Assembly (NCBI GenBank): GCA_050951545.1
Contig: JBMNJG010000007.1
Coordinates: 512,001 to 576,000 of the forward strand
Reading direction: 5' to 3'
Source: Limnochordia bacterium
Lineage (GTDB): Bacteria; Bacillota; Limnochordia; DTU080
DNA length: 64,000 bases
The notes beneath the pieces were generated by a model that was not told where the DNA came from, ran no database searches, and saw nothing but the letters and a program-made list of their open reading frames with translations. The position numbers were made by a program, and so were the translations under genes. Positions 60,048 to 64,000 of the stretch are shown here, piece after piece. The stretch's first letter is position 1, and each line of letters starts with the position of its first letter.

Positions 60048-61367
60048 TTATTCCTGCTGTGTGGTTTCAAAGAGTGCGTTCATTTGCTGATGGAGTTCCT
60101 CGAGCACTGCGCGGGGGTCACGTTGGCCCTGCAACACCTCGTTGCGGATCAGCGGGTACGCGATCTGCTCGAACCGGGCGTAGTGCGGACTCAAGATATC
60201 CACGTAGTTATCGGGATGCACAGCCGCCTCGATGTAGTTTTCCACTGCCTCAGGCGGGTTGGGCATGCTCTGGATCATTCTCAGCCACTGGGTCATGAAC
60301 CTCTGGTTGGCTGGTAGCCTGTTGGTGTGAGCGATGTACGACTGCCATGATTCCTGAGAGCTTGTCAGAAACTCGATCCAGCGCCACGCGGCATCCGGAT
60401 TCTGAGACGTGACCGGAATCTGGAAGCTGTTGACGGCAGTGTAGGATCCTTGTTTGACACCGCCGATTGGCAGGGCTACACCCCAACGGAAGTCAGCGTT
60501 GGCTTGGGCAAGAAGCTGGCTTGTGTTGGGGCCTGTCCCCAGGCTCCAGGCGTATATGCCCTTGGGGAACTCGCCTGAGTAATTGCCGGAGTCGAAGTGG
60601 GCGACGTTGTGGACGAGGTGCAGATCTGCCAACCAATGCAAGGCCTCGATGACCTTCGGCGTATTCAGAAGGCTGCGCGTGGGTTCGATGTCGCGATCAA
60701 ACATCTTGGCACCCTTGTTCTCAAAGGCGTTTCTGTAGACCCAGAGGGTGTAGGCATTGTGCGTGCCCCATTCTTCAGGGATGCCGTCCCCGTCGCGATC
60801 TATGGTAAGGCGCTTCGATGCCGTCAGAGCAGCATCAAAGTTCCAGCCCGTGCCGAGCTGGGCGGGCGTGGCCAATCCTCCTCTGGCGAACATCTCCGCA
60901 TGATAGTGCGTAGGGACCACATAGAGGTCTACCGGAATGCCCCAGATCATCCCGTTCGGCCGGGTCATGGCCGTGCGGGCGATCGGCACGTAGGCGTCAA
61001 ATGATATCTTGGAGCTTCTCTGCAAGAAAGGCCGCAGATCCATGTAGCCGCCCTGCGAGGCCACGGAAGAGGCCATGCGCAGCACGAGTTCTGACACGTC
61101 GAGGCTGACGCCCGAGGCGATGAAGACCATGAAGGTGTCCGCCGTACCGCCTGTGGTGGGTACCGACAGCTCGATTTTCACGTCCGGGTTCTGGGCCTCA
61201 AAGCGGGGTATCTGCTCCCGAATCCACGACAGCCATCCCAAGCCATGGGCAGTGTTCTGGAAATGGTGGACCACCTTCTGACTTGCCACAACATGCGGGG
61301 ACGCAAGGGCCAGCGTCATCACGAACACGACACACCAGATGATCCGTAGCTCTGCAGGTCTGTTCAC
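60048..61367 (-). CDS. Sugar ABC transporter substrate-binding protein (family 1)
   Basis: FEAQNPDVKIE, IWGIP, LTIDRDGDG.PE.WG, AAWRWIEFL. Confidence 0.9.
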   Translation of the reverse strand: MNRPAELRIIWCVVFVMTLALASPHVVASQKVVHHFQNTAHGLGWLSWIREQIPRFEAQNPDVKIELSVPTTGGTADTFMVFIASGVSLDVSELVLRMASSVASQGGYMDLRPFLQRSSKISFDAYVPIARTAMTRPNGMIWGIPVDLYVVPTHYHAEMFARGGLATPAQLGTGWNFDAALTASKRLTIDRDGDGIPEEWGTHNAYTLWVYRNAFENKGAKMFDRDIEPTRSLLNTPKVIEALHWLADLHLVHNVAHFDSGNYSGEFPKGIYAWSLGTGPNTSQLLAQANADFRWGVALPIGGVKQGSYTAVNSFQIPVTSQNPDAAWRWIEFLTSSQESWQSYIAHTNRLPANQRFMTQWLRMIQSMPNPPEAVENYIEAAVHPDNYVDILSPHYARFEQIAYPLIRNEVLQGQRDPRAVLEELHQQMNALFETTQQE

Positions 61368-61418
61368 CGATTCCGTCCTCCTTTGACGTTTCTCAGAGCC
61401 AGGTCTGGCTCCTATGGC

Positions 61419-63911
61419 CTATCTGTGTCGTCGAAGAGGCACTACGTACGGATTGCTTGCTGTTCCATCTGTGAAGACCTCCATGATCCTGTTCTCCAGT
61501 CCTGTGGAGTACCTGATGAGATAGAAGACGAAGAGGCGTCCGGAGGGTGCCACATGAAAGCGGGCCTCGGTCGGTACCTCATCGGGATGCTTTTCGTCTG
61601 CGAGATGGAGCACCCGTCGCAACAGTATGACCCCGTCACGGACGATGGCGTAGTTCAGAGTGTGTGTCTGACGCTCAAGCGGATAGAACTCTTGTCGCAG
61701 CCGTTCGTCAAGAGCGCGCTCAATCCACAAGAGGTGGACGTTGCCATCGGTGTCGACGGAGAGATCACACGGGGTGAGCCATCCGGCGGTGCTGTCGCGG
61801 CTAGAGATCTCCAACCACTGATGGAACTGGCCTGAGCGGATATCATCGCTCCAGGCGAAAAAGATGCGGCGGAAATCGTAATCCCATGCTTGCCCGGTGA
61901 TCTCTTTCTTGCGCTCACGCCAGACCTGGTAGGGCTCTACCACGTCGGAGACGCCGAAGAAGTAGACCGCCCGATCTTGGAGGGCGACAGTGGGGTAACA
62001 GATGCGCACCGGGCCGGGTTCGTCATACTCCTTGGCCCAGGGCCACGCCAGCTGCCCCTGAGCTGACCACTCGCCGTGGCGGTCGTAGAAGGCCCACTCC
62101 GCATGGGTGTAGCCGATGTTCTGGAAAAGGATCAGCTCGTGGTTGGTAGCGTCGGCGGCGAAACTGCGGTAGGAGTGCTCAGTGAATGACGGTTCGCTAA
62201 CCCAGACGGGAAGATGCGTCTTGAACCCAGAGCTGGGTGTGCTGGCATCAAACTCGAGGAGACGCGGCTCACTAGGACCGTTATAGGTGTCCGGTGCGGT
62301 CAACGTTGGGTTGACGGAGAGAAAAAGCCGACCATCGTCGAAACAGGTCACCGGGGAGGGCTCGCGGGTGCGTGCAGTACCTCGGTATACCTGTTTCCAT
62401 CCCTCGTCATCGCGGTAGAAAAGCAGGGGTACACAGTTGTTGAGGGGCTTCGCATCGGGTATGGTTTCGAGCCCGGCGGCAAAAAGCTGGTCGTTGCATC
62501 GGACCAAGGAAGTGCTGCCGCGACACCACATGGGCCCGGCACCGTTGTTTGCTGGGATGTAGCTGTAGACCTCATCTTCGACTTCCACGTTGATCTCAGG
62601 GGGCGTGTAGCGTCCTCTCCCAGTCAGCAACACCACATCCTCTTTTCCCGTGAAATGCAGCGTCACATCTTTGGAGAGCGTTGGCTCGAATTGCAGTTGC
62701 CAGCGGCGGTGATCTGAGGTAGGGTGCGGGATTGGAAACGCCAGCGTCATGGCCTCTTCAATGCTCTGCGCGAGTTCGGTCTCCAGTATCGCCAATAGGG
62801 GGTCCTGGCCTTTTCGTGGCGAGTGATGGTCAGACACGGGCGAGAGCGTTAATCCCAGCCTTAGGGTGAGGCCAGGGAAGGCGCCGTCTCCAGTTAGCGT
62901 GAGTCTCCCGCTCCATTCGTCGCCATGGACGGCGATAGGGGCCATGGTCATCTCTAGGGCCCCGACACGGATTTGGCGTGCATCGAGCCGCCATATCCTG
63001 GACTCGTCCACATACTCCAGGGCCAGCTGTACGCGGCCAACAGGGAAGTCGGCGGTAGGCACGGGGAGCAGCTGCCGGTCTGTCGTTGAGCAAATTGCCG
63101 CTACCTCTTGTGGGCCGTCACCATTGTCCACTGTCACCCGAAAACGCCCGGTTGTGGGGTATTCCGGGGGCACCAACTGCACAGCTACTTCTCTATGCTG
63201 GCGTCTGTCGATGGTCAGCAGCGATGCACTGTGGCCAAGAGGCCAGGCAAAGGACTGCGTCTGTGCATCCCAAGCCAGGATATCCCACTCGGTGCCCACG
63301 GGTACCAGGGTCTCAACTACCTGGGGCTGTGAGAAGGTGAGGAGTGAGGTGTCCTTGATGCTGGGCCCTGTGTGATCGTTCGTTGGAGCAGGAGGCTGTT
63401 CGCAGCCACCGCACGGACGCAGTGTGCCTGAGTAGGCTTGCAGACGGGTACTGACCGAAAAGACCCGCATCCCAGAGGTGAGATCGACCACGGCGGCCGA
63501 AACGAGGCCAGATTGCGGGTCGTAGCTAAGTGAGGTTTCGTAGACGTGGCCCGCCTCCGGGCCCATGATGCCTAAGCCTTTTCGATAGGGGCGCGCAGCC
63601 TGTTCATCGGGGCGTATGAGGTGTGGAGCCACCTCGAGGCCGACTTCCCATGTGGGAAACCAGCCGCCTCGTTTTTCTTGTGTCCAGACTACAGAGAGCG
63701 CCGGCTCGGTTGGCACGTTCTCCAGGCAGAAGCCAGCCAGTCGCATGTCGAGTTCCGGAATCGTTGTGTCCTCGGCTACCGTCATGGTGGTGATCACTGT
63801 GAGGGGAGTGCCCTCAGCGTGGCCGGGTACTGGTGGCCAGGCTAGCATCAGAGACAAACAGAGCAGACAGATGGCTGCGGTGCAGGGAAAGAGGTTGAGC
63901 TTTGGTGCCAT
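61419..63911 (-). CDS. Large secreted hypothetical protein with probable C-terminal beta-propeller carbohydrate-active domain
   Basis: Signal peptide (GHA-EG); 830 aa; NNGAGPMWC, HSYR, RICYP, DGNVHLLW. Confidence 0.7.
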   Translation of the reverse strand: MAPKLNLFPCTAAICLLCLSLMLAWPPVPGHAEGTPLTVITTMTVAEDTTIPELDMRLAGFCLENVPTEPALSVVWTQEKRGGWFPTWEVGLEVAPHLIRPDEQAARPYRKGLGIMGPEAGHVYETSLSYDPQSGLVSAAVVDLTSGMRVFSVSTRLQAYSGTLRPCGGCEQPPAPTNDHTGPSIKDTSLLTFSQPQVVETLVPVGTEWDILAWDAQTQSFAWPLGHSASLLTIDRRQHREVAVQLVPPEYPTTGRFRVTVDNGDGPQEVAAICSTTDRQLLPVPTADFPVGRVQLALEYVDESRIWRLDARQIRVGALEMTMAPIAVHGDEWSGRLTLTGDGAFPGLTLRLGLTLSPVSDHHSPRKGQDPLLAILETELAQSIEEAMTLAFPIPHPTSDHRRWQLQFEPTLSKDVTLHFTGKEDVVLLTGRGRYTPPEINVEVEDEVYSYIPANNGAGPMWCRGSTSLVRCNDQLFAAGLETIPDAKPLNNCVPLLFYRDDEGWKQVYRGTARTREPSPVTCFDDGRLFLSVNPTLTAPDTYNGPSEPRLLEFDASTPSSGFKTHLPVWVSEPSFTEHSYRSFAADATNHELILFQNIGYTHAEWAFYDRHGEWSAQGQLAWPWAKEYDEPGPVRICYPTVALQDRAVYFFGVSDVVEPYQVWRERKKEITGQAWDYDFRRIFFAWSDDIRSGQFHQWLEISSRDSTAGWLTPCDLSVDTDGNVHLLWIERALDERLRQEFYPLERQTHTLNYAIVRDGVILLRRVLHLADEKHPDEVPTEARFHVAPSGRLFVFYLIRYSTGLENRIMEVFTDGTASNPYVVPLRRHR

Positions 63912-64000
63912 TTGCAGGCCCTCCTTGTACTTCAGTCGACAATATCAAAACATAGGGTTGTTCATCTCCCATCGGGGTCTATGTGTAGAGGATGCGTTCA

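Noticed and set aside
35084-64000. IS elements, integrases, prophage, tRNA or rRNA genes
   Set aside because: No recognisable motifs, terminal repeats or cloverleaf structures seen.

Overview
Bases 1-35,083 hold a single, nearly complete + strand flagellar cluster of about 42 genes, from flgB (5'-truncated by the window edge) to fliS. Gene order is Firmicutes-type (TIGR02530-type gene, fliY, flhFG-fliA-swrB-like), yet the cluster carries flgA/flgH/flgI (P and L rings), so the host is probably a high-GC diderm Firmicute. The cluster has no che genes and no csrA/fliW. The best new signal is a two-hairpin RNA-like motif present twice, with compensatory stem changes, in the leaders of flgE (9549-9601) and flgG (27042-27095). 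The first copy directly follows the uncharacterised TIGR02530-type gene, which suggests an undescribed post-transcriptional control of rod/hook synthesis. Bases 35.2-64 kb are accessory. They contain two heparinase II/III-like giant proteins sharing an unusual Trp-rich C-terminal tail, a YadA-like trimeric autotransporter next to a TPR protein with a (DDGDW)n repeat, two MNT-HEPN toxin-antitoxin pairs, orphan sugar-binding proteins, and many abruptly cut gene remnants (sialidase, TPP enzyme, alginate lyase, DEAD-box helicase, PIN, GntR). Several frameshifts look like single-base insertion sequencing errors. All family calls come from motif recognition by eye; no database searches were run.
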